Source of the DNA: Sminthopsis crassicaudata
Taxonomy: Eukaryota
Direction: 5' to 3'
Assembly (NCBI RefSeq): GCF_048593235.1
Contig: NC_133617.1
Location: 530,080,958 to 530,144,957 of the forward strand
Length of the DNA stretch: 64,000 bases
Shown here: in pieces, positions 1-12,304 of the stretch
Layout of the letters: each line of letters begins with the position of its first letter
How positions within the stretch are numbered: position 1 is the first letter of the stretch
Notes under the pieces: model-generated
Databases searched by the model: none
What the model was told of the DNA's origin: nothing
Seen by the model: the letters and a program-made list of their open reading frames with translations, nothing else
Translations under genes and position numbers: made by a program

Positions 1-1169
1 AAATGAGCAGTGGTTCCTTGGTTAATTAGCTAACAATTGATTATCCTGACATAAGAAATGGAGAAAAATATCCCTTGATTTTTCAAGGTCCAATATAGTA
101 AAGGAATAATGAACTAAAAAAAAAAAAGGTTGAGAACAAATACTTATGGGCTCAGAGATCATTATAAGAATGCACAGGATAGGTAGAAGGTCAGCATTAC
201 TTCATTATAATTAATAACTGGGGTTCTGTGGCATGGGACTCATGGAATAAGTGATGGAAAAGTATAATTTGTTCAGAAGAGACAGATCTAATCATCGAAG
301 AAAATGTGTCACAAACCTATGTTTACATTTATGAATTTATGTCTAGAGCCCAATAAAATTTAGGGATCTAAAAGTAAGAACAGGTTATAAACCATTGATA
401 TATAAAGATAAAAAGAAAGAAAACATGTTCTATCATTGTGCATGTACATCAGGAGATGTCTGGCTGTCTGGCCAAAGACATAGATTATGGATGACTTTTT
501 CCCTGACTGTTAATTACCAGTATAAATCAGTGGCAGGATATAATATGATGGGAAGTCTTTAAGTATCCATATATATCCTGGGATCTCCAAATTGCTAAAA
601 AAAAAAAAAAAAACCAAACAATAGAGCATCCCAAAAATTCTTCTCTTGTGTTGATGACAATTTAATCTCTCAGAAGGCAGAGGAAGGAATAAAGGAAATT
701 TCCACTTTGCACTTAATTCTGATCAACAAAATAGAACTCGCTGATGGATTAAAGTGAGAAAAACATTGAAAGAAAGTGACTGTATCATCTCAAAAGGGCA
801 AGAGGCAGGGAAAGGAACACAGCATAATTAGACAAGTACCGTAGACATTATGAAATTAATTTTTTCAGTTTTTTAGAAATGATAGATTTGCTCTAATAGA
901 GAGATTAGAAAAGGGAAAAAGGGCATGGGATTTTTAAATAAATGAAATTCTGATAATACAATGATCAACAATGAAACAATCAATTTAATTAGACACGGAG
1001 ATGAATTTATAAAAGGATATAGCAATGATGGAATAAAATACCATATAAATAAAGACTAAAAATAGTGATCATAAAAATCTAAGAAGTGTTAGGAAAGTCA
1101 ATGCTTAGAATGAACTGCAAAAATTAGAAGGAAAACAAAAAAGATTTAAAGAAAAAGCTATGTTAAATA

Positions 1170-1410
1170 GCAGTGTGGTATAGTAGAAATGGAACTGCCT
1201 TCAGATCCAAAATTTGAGTCCTAAATTCAAGTTTCACCTTTGGCACATAACGACTGACAAATCAATGGCTGGGCAAATCAATTAAATCTCTCCCAGGGAT
1301 CTAGGAAACTCTCTAAGATTATAAACTGCAGAGAAGATAATCTATACTACTAGAGGGAATTTCCTCATCTGGGAGTTTCCTACACTATAGGTCTAATCTC
1401 TATTCCTATA
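1170..1410 (+). mobile_element. MIR3-type marsupial CORE-SINE (old)
   Basis: tRNA-like head (gcagtgtggtatagtag), then CORE, then the ...actctctaagattataaactgcagagaag...gagggaatttcctcatctgggagtttcc tail. Approximate limits. Confidence 0.65.
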
Positions 1411-1440
1411 TTAAAAAATCAGAAGAGATAAACCCAGTTT

Positions 1441-1675
1441 CTGTTCAGACATTTCAGCCATGTCCAATTCTTTGTAATCCCACTTGGGTGTATTCTTGCC
1501 AAAGATAGTGGAGTGATTTACCATTTTCTTCTCCAGTTCATTTTATAGATGAGGAAAATAAGGCAAACAGGATTAAGTGACCTGTTCAGTCACCTAGCTA
1601 GCAAGTTTCTGAGTAAAAGATTATTCTTCCTGACTCTAGGCTTGGCACTCTATTCACTGTTATTTAACTGTCCCT
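1441..1675 (-). mobile_element. Mar1-type CORE-SINE
   Basis: Reverse Mar1 tail (gttcag...tccaattctttgtaatccc...ttcttgccaaagatagtggagtgattt...ccagttcattttatagatgaggaaa) plus CORE. Confidence 0.8.
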
Positions 1676-2409
1676 GGTAAATGCAGATTATAATAAATTC
1701 CTTCCTTTCCTTCCTCCCCCCCCCTCTTCCCTTCCTTCATTCTTTATCTCCCTTCCATCTTTCCTTCCTCCCTCTCTCCCATCTTTCCTGCTTCATCCAC
1801 TCTTTTCAGTAATGTTAGGAAAAGAGATTAGATCACTTCAATTGTTTCTGGCTCTAAGATTCTAGTCCCAAATTGGCCATTTAGAAACTCACTTATTCTT
1901 TCTGAGACTCGGTTTTCTTATTAATAAATTAAAATAACAATATTCACCCTGCCAACCTCAGAAAGATATTGTGAGAGGCAAATGATATAAAGTGTGAAAG
2001 TATTCTGAATGCAATATATACAAACTGAAGCTCTGTTATTACTCTTGCTCCCCTGATGCCTCATTCTAGAATGGAGTTGACCTAGGCTTTTGAAGGCTAC
2101 ACCCCATGATTTGACAGGCCTTCTCAAAGTGGAAAGGCCTTGACCAATGGCCCAGCAACCAACAATGTATCTGCTGTCTGAGGAAAGGCAAGCGAAAACC
2201 AGAAAGGCTCATCCCCATTAGGTCACTGGGTGATTATTATTTTTTTTTAGGGGGTCCATAGCAACTTATGAAGACTATCTACTTAAGCATGAAGGATGAG
2301 TAATTATCATCAATATGGGCAGTATAAATATGGATAAAATCACAGATGTTCAAAATCACAGTTTAGTCTTAATAACAAGTAGGATATAAGTTCTTGTAAC
2401 AAAAGTCTA

Positions 2410-2665
2410 GCAGGAAGGTGGCTCAGTAAAGAGAGCATGGACTCTAAAATCAGGGAGATTTCTCTTTCTGAGTTCAAATTTGTCTCAGCTACTTACTAGC
2501 TGTGTGACCCTGGGCAAGTCACTTAACCCTGTTTGCCCTAGTTTCCTCATCTATAAAATAAGTTGGAGAAGAAAATGACAAACCTGTCCGATATCTTTGT
2601 TAAGAAAACCCCAAATGAGCTCATGAAGAATAAGACATAGTTGAAAAATACTGAACAACAATAAA
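2410..2665 (+). mobile_element. Mar1-type CORE-SINE
   Basis: B-box gagttcaaat, CORE ctgtgtgaccctgggcaagtcacttaacc, tail atctttgttaagaaaacccc...ctgaacaacaa. Confidence 0.85.
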
Positions 2666-5169
2666 AACCCTGGGGCCATTTTCAAACAGCAATATCAAAC
2701 ACTAGCAATTATATATGTTCTAATTATTCACGTCTGGATTATTACAGATACAAAAATTTCTTATATGGGTATTGTATCTCTCCACGGTCCACTCTAATTC
2801 ATAAGCTATAACTATAATCATCTTCCTTAAGTGCCATTTGGATTCCCCCCAATCAAATGACTTTACATTTATTTGCCTTATATAAAATCCATATTTTAAA
2901 GCTGTACTTCAAAGTTCTTTCTTTCTTTCTTACTCCCTAGAAAAAATCCTGTACTCACCAAGCCAAATAAATAAATTTTCTTTCCTTTTCACGTCAATGA
3001 GCCTAGAAAACTTTCATCTTCTCTGCCAAATTTTTTTTTTAGCAAAATTCAAAAGTCACTTTCACATCAAATCAATAAGGATTCAATTCAATTCAATAAG
3101 CATTTATTAGGCACTCTACTCCTACTGTGTACTAGACACTGTCCTAAGTGATTTTACAAATGAGTTTGCTATTTCTATTTCTCATGGAGGAAATGAAGAA
3201 ATAAGGCAAGCCAAGCTAGAATGTGTCTAAGACTGAATTTGAATTCAAGTCCACTTGATTCTAGGCCCAGCAATCTATCCACCATACCATCAGCTGCCGC
3301 TAAAGGGACCAGAAAGGTCTCTTCTCTAAGAAAGGAACTTTAGATACCATACATTACAAATTTCTCATTTTATATTTGAAGTGACTCAATCTTGGAAAAG
3401 TGCAAATTGATCACACAGGTAGTAATGTAGCAAGCAATTAGTTAATCAACAAGCAATTATTAAGTGTTTTTTTTTTTTTAATGAACTAGACAGTGGTAAG
3501 CACTGGGAGAAAAAAAAAAGACAATTTTAATAGGGGAGATGATTGGGGTCTTGTGACACAAGTGATTTCTCCAGAGTTGAGTGTGCAGTTTAAGGAATAA
3601 TGGGAAAAGCAGGATACTGAAGGTCCAGATGACATGAAGCTTATGGAAAAACAAGAGAAAATGGGATTTTTGATCAGTGCTAGTTATGCCACTCATTAGC
3701 TGCATGAGTCTGAGAATACCATTAACCTATCTGGTCCTGTTTTCTAATTTGTAAAATGAGGCATCTGGGCTAAATCATTTCTAAAGTTCCAAAGTTTAAA
3801 TGTGATAATCACATTTTGTAAATATCTCCTCCATCCCAAGGAACAAAAATAATTATTATTTATTATTTATAAAAGAAATAAAAATAAAGGAAACAATAAT
3901 TATTAAGCACCAACTATGTACCAAACACTCCTTGGAACAAATATCTCATTTGATCCTCACAACAGCTCTGGGAGGTGCCATTAGGATGTCCATTTTAGAG
4001 ATGAAAAAAACAGGGGCAAGTGTGTTGCTCCGGGTCACAGAGCTGCTAAGTATCTGGGGTCACATTTAAAGTTATTTGAATTTATTAAAAGCACTCTATA
4101 AAAGCAAAATAGTTCCTATCCTCAGAGACTGATTACAATCTAATGGGGAGAGAATAGATAGGGTAGAGGTGGCCAGGAAAAGGAATTATGATCTGAGAGT
4201 CAGAAACTTGGTTAAGTCAGAGGGCTGTCAAACCACACACCTTTTCCAAAGGCAATGGTCCTGTTGATACAACTACAATTCTCAAGAGCAGGGTGGAGTG
4301 CCGAAGCTATGCTCAGTGCCTCCTAGGCACGGTTCAGTGGCAGCTGGAATGGAGCCACAAATAAGTTTAGTTTGCATGGTTCCCTGGGAATGCCAGAACC
4401 CAGTGGCTGAAGTCCTTCCAGGTTTGGTTCAGACTGAGTGCTGCCTCGGGCACTGAGATGTTGATTGGCGGCCTGCTGGTATGTTTAAGAAATAGAACTT
4501 GGAGGATGGGAAACAGACCGTCTCCTTCTCCATCTACTAAACCAAGGTCCCTAGTCTCTCTCTACCTCCTACATACCTACCTATTATTTATATAAAACAA
4601 AGTGTTTAAGAAAGCTTCAGGATCTTTTATATAGGGCAGTGTGGGACAATGGCTTATATACAGAAATTTGTGGTATCTGTTTGCTACATGAAACTGGCTC
4701 ATTGATGACTAGAGTAAAAATATTCTGCTGAGGGATTGAGCCTTCAAATATAATGTAATATTAATAATTGTCATGAGGTCATCAAAGGAATGTAGCCGTG
4801 GTTTTCCACAATCTGCCGCTGCCGCACAAAGAAACGTAAGACAGACAGAACACTGATCTGGCTCAGTTTGGCATCAGCTGGGTTCTAAGGAATGAGGAAG
4901 CTACTGTAATATTCCACTACCCCAACGTCTTGTTGGTCATTGTTCAGAACAAGTTCAGAACAGAGTGTGTATCTTGGCCATAGATCACAGAGATTGGCAA
5001 AGGAAGAGATGAAGCAGTTGGACTTTCAGAGAAAGAGCCAGCATAAGTATTTTGATTTACTCTAGATAATCAATAAGCCTTTGTCCTTTTTACATAGTTA
5101 ATTTGGGCATGGAGGAAGCTCAGTTACCAAAGATGCAAAATATATTTAAACATTCAGCTCTAAATCTAT

Positions 5170-5240
5170 TATTTAGTGCTTAGCACAGTGCCTGGCACAT
5201 AGTAAGTGCTTAATGTATATTTATTGATGGATTGGTTATT
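5170..5240 (+). mobile_element. L2 3' terminus
   Basis: gtgcttagcacagtgcctggcacatagtaagtgcttaat followed by a degenerate (TTGA)-type tail. Confidence 0.75.
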
Positions 5241-6699
5241 GATTGATCCTATGATTTGAGAGTAATAGAGGAATTAAACACAAGTGACTGTTACAGACTT
5301 GTACAGAAATCTCAATCTTGAAACTGTTGGCTCTTCAAGAGAGCCAGGAAACAATCCTTATGGCTTTTTAGGCCACTCTAGCATGGGTTAAATCTTCTGG
5401 GTCCTCACCAGCAACCTTCCCCTAGTCATTTTCTTGCCCTACAGACTATATTGCAAGAAGAGAGATAGGCATTTGATCAGGTTCTGGGATGCATAAGGGC
5501 TTGACACAAGAATGAGATGTCCTTAGATTTCATGGGTATGTTCTAAAACATGAACTTAGTATGCCAGTCAGCCCTATAAACTGGTACAATTAAAATCAGA
5601 ACCACAGGCAAACAGTCTACAGAAAACTGCCCATAATAATAACTCATATTTATATTTTGTTCTAAGGCTTACACAACAGCCTACTCATGACAGCCCTTTG
5701 AGATAGGTAATATTAGTATTATTATCCCCGTTTTACATCTAAGGCAATGAAATCTCGCAACTATGGAAAAGAAAAGGTGACATTTAAACCCTCATCTCCC
5801 AGCTCCAGTCCCACCATTCCTTTCATACATCATACTGCCTTTTTCCTCCAACCACCAGAAGATTCTTAATAAATTTTTTTTTCTAATTCTTGCTCACAGA
5901 AAATAACTATTTCCATTAAGTCTCTGTTGTTATAAATAAAATTGTTTTTCACTCTATTCTTTCAACAAGGATTTATTGAGCATTCCCCAGTAGCTAAACA
6001 AGATGTCGTTTGAAAGCAAACTAATGAAATCAATCCCAAGGAAATTGTCAATCAGATGCCATTCTACCAAACAGAAAGTACCTATCAGGAAAAGTAGAGA
6101 GAAAGAACCAGCTCAGCTTCAGGCAGATCTCATGTGTTAGTCTAAAGGCTCAATTCCCAAAAATGCAGTGCAGAATAAAAGAAGTGAATGAAGTAGATGA
6201 CCAGCTTTTAGTTTCCATGCTAGAAACTTTTGTGTCATCGTTGATTTTTTTATCCCTTGGATTTAATCTATTAGACATAATTATATGACAGACACTTATC
6301 GTGTAATTGTATTATTTCCCAGATCACTGAAAGCATATTAAGATAATAATTAATATTTTACCTTAGAAAAATTTTGAATTTTTCACCCAGCATATCTCAC
6401 ACAATTAAAAAAAAGACTAACTACAATCTATTCTTATTCCTAGGTTAGAACTAAAAATGCAACTTTTAAAGCTGAGATTAGGAATCTTTTATAACCTCCT
6501 AAAGCTTTATCAGTCAGTGATCCAGTCAATGAACCAACATTTGCAGAGAATTTAACTATATTTACAATATTATATGAGACACTATGGAAGAAATCCCTGG
6601 ATTCAAGGTGTTTAGAGTTTTGGGGGCATAAGACTAACACATGTGAAACAAAAATTTGAAAGTCAAATAAGACACTGTGTAATTAAGTCTAATACTGTG

Positions 6700-7500
6700 T
6701 AGCATAAAGTATTAGAACAGTTAAACAAAAAGTCAGAGAGAATCGTGTACTTGAATAGTCAAGAAGGGTTTTCTGGAAGAGATAGAACTTGAGATGAGCT
6801 TTGAACAATAAGATTGCAAAGGTGGGACAAAAAAAGAGCATTCTGGGCAGGGGAAATAGCATAAGCAAGGGAGCAGAAGGGAGAATGAGCAATGAATAAA
6901 TAGAGGTAGTGAAGGAGCAGGCTCACTACAGCAAGGGAGAAATTAAGAAAACAAATTTTCATAGACCGGTAGTTTAAAGTAATGAAAAGCCTTGAAAGCT
7001 AGGCAGAGGAGTTTAGAATTAATGTGACTGGAAATCAGAAAACAACTCTATGGTTTTAAGCAGAGAGCTATGATGCAAGCAGTGTTTTTAGAGGTTTGGT
7101 CTGATAGCAAGTTCACAAGATGGAGGGACCTGAGTCAGAGAAATCAGCCAGAAGGATGTTGCAGTAACATCCAAGCATGAGATAATGAGAATCTCAATTT
7201 TGGTGGTGGTCACAGAAATGGAAATAATGTATTTGAAGGGGAAAGAGAATCTGACGACAGATTAGATCTAGGGATAAAGAATCAAAGATGAGAGCAAAGT
7301 TTCTAGCATGGAAAACTAAAAGAAAGAATGATGGTCCCAAGGACAAAAATGTTTGGAGTTTGGAAGGAGGGTTAGATAGAGAGGAGCTAATGAGTTTGGA
7401 TCTGAATGTGGGGAGTTTCAAAGAGTGACATGCCATGGAAATTGCTTTGAAGGCAGTTGGAGATGTAGGACTGGAACAGGTAAGGATGTAGATGCAAATA
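6700..7500 (-). mobile_element. L2 LINE ORF2/3' fragment (degenerate)
   Basis: Purine-rich reverse L2 signature (gagatgagctttgaa, ggagtttagaattaat, gagaatctcaattttggtggtgg, gcagttggagatg). Confidence 0.65.
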
Positions 7501-7625
7501 CAGACTCAGATTTACAAGCACACTGGTCTTACTTTTGGAGAAAAAAGCTTTCAAATACTTACGTATACTAAAAAAAAGTTATTTCTTAGATTATGAATGA
7601 ATACTAGACTCCAGCATAAAGGTAC

Positions 7626-7746
7626 CTGCACTCTTTCCATTTTTGGAAGATATCAAACTCCATTGCCTCAGTCTGATTTGGAATAAATCGGAACTCGGAC
7701 ACTAGCTCAGGCGTGTGTTCCGGAAGTTCACACTCCCCAAGTTCCG
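7626..7746 (-). CDS. EPB41L4B: EPB41L4B coding exon (~exon 7), 121 nt, (A)[39 protein letters not shown](R)
   Basis: Long pyrimidine tract, then aattacAG|CGGAACTT...GAGTGCAG|GTacct. Phase 1 in, phase 2 out. Confidence 0.96.
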
Positions 7747-7987
7747 CTGTAATTTTTCAAAGGGAAGAAAAAAAAGAGAGAGATAACATTTAACAAATTC
7801 AATTACTATGTGACAAATTCCAAAGATATTTCATATGATTAAATATGTTGGGTACCATTTTAAAATATTGTGTAACTTTACTGGGATAAAATTTAATTTG
7901 TGAGCTTCATAAATCTCCACATGTATACATATACATACTTTAAAGTCCAGAATAAAAATCATAGTTATAGACTGTTCTGGCTATCTC

Positions 7988-8131
7988 NNNNNNNNNNNNN
8001 NNNNNNNNNNNNNNNNNNNNNNNNNNNNNNNNNNNNNNNNNNNNNNNNNNNNNNNNNNNNNNNNNNNNNNNNNNNNNNNNNNNNNNNNNNNNNNNNNNNN
8101 NNNNNNNNNNNNNNNNNNNNNNNNNNNNNNN
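7988..8131. other. assembly gap (144 N)
   Basis: Run of N. Confidence 1.
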
Positions 8132-8599
8132 CATCTTCAATTACATTTTCCCTTATTGGGGCAGTGATATTATTTAAATAAAAACAACAAAAAACCAACA
8201 ACAACCCCCCCTTCCCATCAAATAAACAAAAAAACACACCCAAACTCTAAACTTGAAATTGAAGACCCTGGTTCAAAATTCTATTTTTACTATTCATTAC
8301 CTATGTGACCTTGGGCAAGCCACTTGATCTCTATGAAATTTCATTTTCCTCATGTATAAAAAAGGGATTTTAATACTTTGCTACCTTGTTGGATTGAATT
8401 AAGAATAAAGACAGAATAAGTAAAGTAGTACAGAAATTCAAAGATATTATTCATAGTAATGCACTTCAAGGTACATTATTAGCATTCAACTGAAATGCCA
8501 ACTGCTCATAAATTTCTTTAATATGTTGTTAAGTATGGGCCAGAGCAGAGTTTCTGCTTACAGTCCTATTAAAAACTGGTAAAGAATTTGGCGCATTTA

Positions 8600-9400
8600 A
8601 AAACTGGAAGAAAAAAAATGTCATGACAGGCTGTGGAGCGGGAGGGAAAGAAGGCCAGTGATGGACTGTAGGAGTTGCTGCATCAGACAGATGGCCCAGG
8701 AGTGGATGAGGCAGAGGATGGGGTGATAATAGGTCATACAGCACCTGGAGGAGAAAGGAGGAGGGATCACTGCAAGAACAGATGCTACAGGCACAAACCT
8801 GTGGGAGTGGGGAAAGCAAAGCTCTGCACTGAATCTATTTGGCTCCAATGGAAGAGGGGGGTGAATATCAGCAATGGGGAACCCAGAAGCAAAAAGCTTT
8901 CAGGAAGAAGCTAAAAAAGAGAACAAGAGGGAGGACGGTAGGCTTAAAAAGCAAGTTAAGGAAGGGGAGGGGAGGAATTATTTTGTTTATTCTCTCAATC
9001 TTTCAAGGTTAATAGAGGGGAAGTGAAGAAGAGGAAGAGAAAATAGTACCTCTGCAGCTTTGGAGGGGTGAGGAAGACAACGGGCCTCTTAGCGTAAAAG
9101 AGCTCTGATAATGACTGATTTGGAAGGAAGGAGAGTGATGGAAATCTAAGTAGGAGGGTCTCTTATTATTGTTTAATCAGGATAAAGAATTCAAGGAATA
9201 TATCTGTAAAAATCTTTTCTCTCTTAAAATAAGGAGTATGGCATAAGCGGTGGCTAAAGAGAAACTAAGGAGAAAAACTTGGATTACTTATTCATTTGGT
9301 GATGAAAATGTAAGGAGAAAAAGGCAGGAGGTGATTTTATTAAGTAGGCTAAGGGTGGATACCCTTGTATATTCTTTTCAGGAATGAAACAGAAGAAAAG
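8600..9400 (-). mobile_element. probable L2-clade LINE ORF2 fragment
   Basis: Minus-strand peptide CSICSCSDPSSFLLQ resembles L2 STCALDPIPSRLLQ. Composition is pyrimidine-rich on the minus strand. Match is weak. Confidence 0.35.
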
Positions 9401-10944
9401 AGAGAGACTTTGTCATTTGATACAGAAAACTCTGTGTTGTATTAACAATCTTAACAAGCATAGTAGATCATTTAGGGGATTGGCTTGTGGATACAAGAAT
9501 GTGAAAGTAATACCATTGGAAAATGAGGAGGAAGTAACCAGCTTCCAGTTACCTTTCACTGAAAGATAGAGGATGATTAGAGCTGGCATTAAGTACAGTG
9601 GAGACCACAGAGCATGCTCATGAATGGACCCACAGGGCCATCCCATGAAGCAGGGGTTGAGCCTACATCATGGTCACTCCCAATGGGCTACACTGGCTCA
9701 GCATTGAAGGATTTATACTTTGAAATGATGCAGAATTCCCTTCCTGGTTCCTATGGACTTGACAGAAGTGGGTGATGGGAGCCTTCCCAGGTTACATGCA
9801 TAGGAATAGGTTCATGTTCTAAATCCTTGTTAATCTAAAGTTAAAGTGGCTAAGTCCCATAGTCCCTGTGACAGGGATGGCTACATCACAAATGACTTAA
9901 CGTTTTTATTCTCTTGGTCCAGACTCCCAGATTGGCCCACACCCTTGTCCTCTCGTAGTTAGAAGGGGCTCACCATCCTGAGATAAGAATCTAGAAGATT
10001 CTCTCATAGTCTGGAAGAGCCACCTCTTTAGTGGATTATATGCATGAGTTGGAAGGAAAGCTCCTCCCTCTTTCCCAGGTGGGACACAGACAATATCAAC
10101 TCTTGGTCAGAGTTGCAGTAGTGAAAGAGGATTCCTGTCCTGCAACAATGGCAACAGTGCATGGATAGGAGAACCTGTGCTTGTCTAAACAGGGCAGAGA
10201 TGGCTGGATCTCAAATTTCTGAGGCCCATTCTGCCCCCGTTTCTTTTCTCAGCCATAGCTGACCCATGAATGATTCTAACAAGATGTGTCAAGCCTCGGC
10301 AGCCCAAGAACTCAGGAACTCCTCAGTGCTAACTTGCAATAGGGAGTACTTCTGACCTCATGAAATAGCTGCCAAGGCTAGAAACATCTGCCTGGGGTTC
10401 ACTGTTCAGTCACCTGTGTGTTCAGAGAAGGAAACTGCCCATCTTGAAATAAGAAGTTCAGTCTTATGCCCCAGGGGCTTTAATTAATATCCTTAAAATT
10501 ATAATTTCAGGACATTCTTTGAATTTCCTCTTTTCCTTCTTTATTTTTTCTTTTTCTGCCTCTTTGATTTTTTAAAATATTCTTATATTTTTCATTCTTC
10601 TGAATGATCAGATCTCTCTGGGATGGACATTCTGGTGTCATTTTGCCTTTTTATTTCATTAATTCCAAGGTGAGACACAGTATTTGGCTGTTCCATGGGC
10701 TATCCTTTTTTAGCCCACCTTTGGGGATGGGAATGAGCATGCATTATGTCACATGGACTCTAGCACTGTCTTTGGAAAGAGCCAGCTTTCCTCCTGGATT
10801 AGTCCTTTTGGAATGATGACAGCTGTCTCAGAGAACATGCATGCAGGAATTGTAGGTAGAGAGAGGGAAAAACTGGCATTGTATGAGCCCAATCATACAG
10901 AACAACAAATATCTTTAGCCTTTAATGGGGATCTGGGGCAATAT

Positions 10945-11487
10945 TGTAAATCATTTGGACTGTGAAGGTATCTGAGGAATACTCAAAGGGGAGTAAAGTA
11001 GGGGTGGTGAGATATTTGCTTGATTCTTTAGTAACTTCTCAGTTCCTTCCCCTTGGGGAATGGGCCTCTCCCAGAGTGGCACTAATAATCAGGAGAGAAG
11101 GCTCAAAAAAGGCAAATTTTCTGGATTCCTTGGTAACTTCAAATTCTTTGCTCTTCCAGGAAGTCCTGCTCAAATTAGCATATTTAAGTCGGGAGGTTAA
11201 AGCCCAGCAGATGGGAGCTGTTTAACTCACCAATCTACCCCTAGTTATTTTCCCATGCAGAGAAAAAGTCTGGGGAAAACCTGGGGAAGACAGATGCCTA
11301 CCAGAAAGAGAAGTTCAGCTTTGAGTCCTTTGTGGTATTTTGGTGGAGTTTTTTTTGGATTGGTGAGGATCAGATTAAATACACATTTTTCATATATTTG
11401 TTGTTTTGTTATCATGAATGCTTTTATAGGAACTAAGGGTCCTTTTAGACAAGAGCCAAATTTTTATATTGTTTAGATGGAAACACA
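10945..11487 (+). mobile_element. LTR-like segment (solo LTR candidate)
   Basis: Possible TG start and CA end. Internal imperfect repeat (11022/11124), ATTAGCAT+TATTTAA (11174-11187), ATTAAA (11374). No TSD found. Confidence 0.45.
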
Positions 11488-12304
11488 TGTCAGTGTTGTT
11501 ACTGAGCTGTTTCTAATATTCCTGACTTGTGGGAGCTATGATAATACATATTAATTTACTTGGAGATATTTACTTCAAAGACAAACATCCCAATCTATTT
11601 TATAACTTCTTTACATTGGGAGTGTCACATATACCATAAAATCACAGTCCTATTTGTACAAACATACATAACCACGAACTAGACATATATTACATCTTTC
11701 ATACTATCATTAACTATTGAAATCCACTGACATATTGAATATTCACTGAGATATGACTTCTCAAAAATATCTCTGACTTCCCAGACCAAAATTCCTGTCC
11801 TTGGTCACTACTCTCCTACATGTGTTAAATCTCCCAATTAGGATATAAACTCTTGAAGAGAAAGGAGTCTCACTTTTTTTATTTGTATCTACAGTGCTTA
11901 ACAAATATAGGCACTTAATAAATGAATGTTCATTCCTTCAACTCTCTTGGTCTAACTTTCCTGACCTACAGAATAGGGATGATATCTAACCGGATTTTTG
12001 TTTTGTCTCACAGGAGATTCAACTATATATATAACATAGATATAACTTGTATAAAATTATTTTTAAACTTTAAAATAGTTTATAAACATGAATATTCCAT
12101 TTTTAAAGTTTCTTCTGTATCACCTCTGGTTCTACAAAGTATATAGAAGATAGCTTCATAAAATGATAATAATATTAGCACATATTTATATAATACTTTA
12201 AAGTTTATAAAGTGCTTTAGTATAGTATCTTATTTGAGCACAATGCTATTGATAATAAAAATAATTAACCATGAGAATTGCAACCAAAAAAAAAAGTAGT
12301 TTAT

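Noticed and set aside
1700-1805. Pyrimidine-only tract as a triplex/H-DNA element
   Set aside because: Ordinary degenerate (TTCC)n low complexity without a clear mirror repeat.
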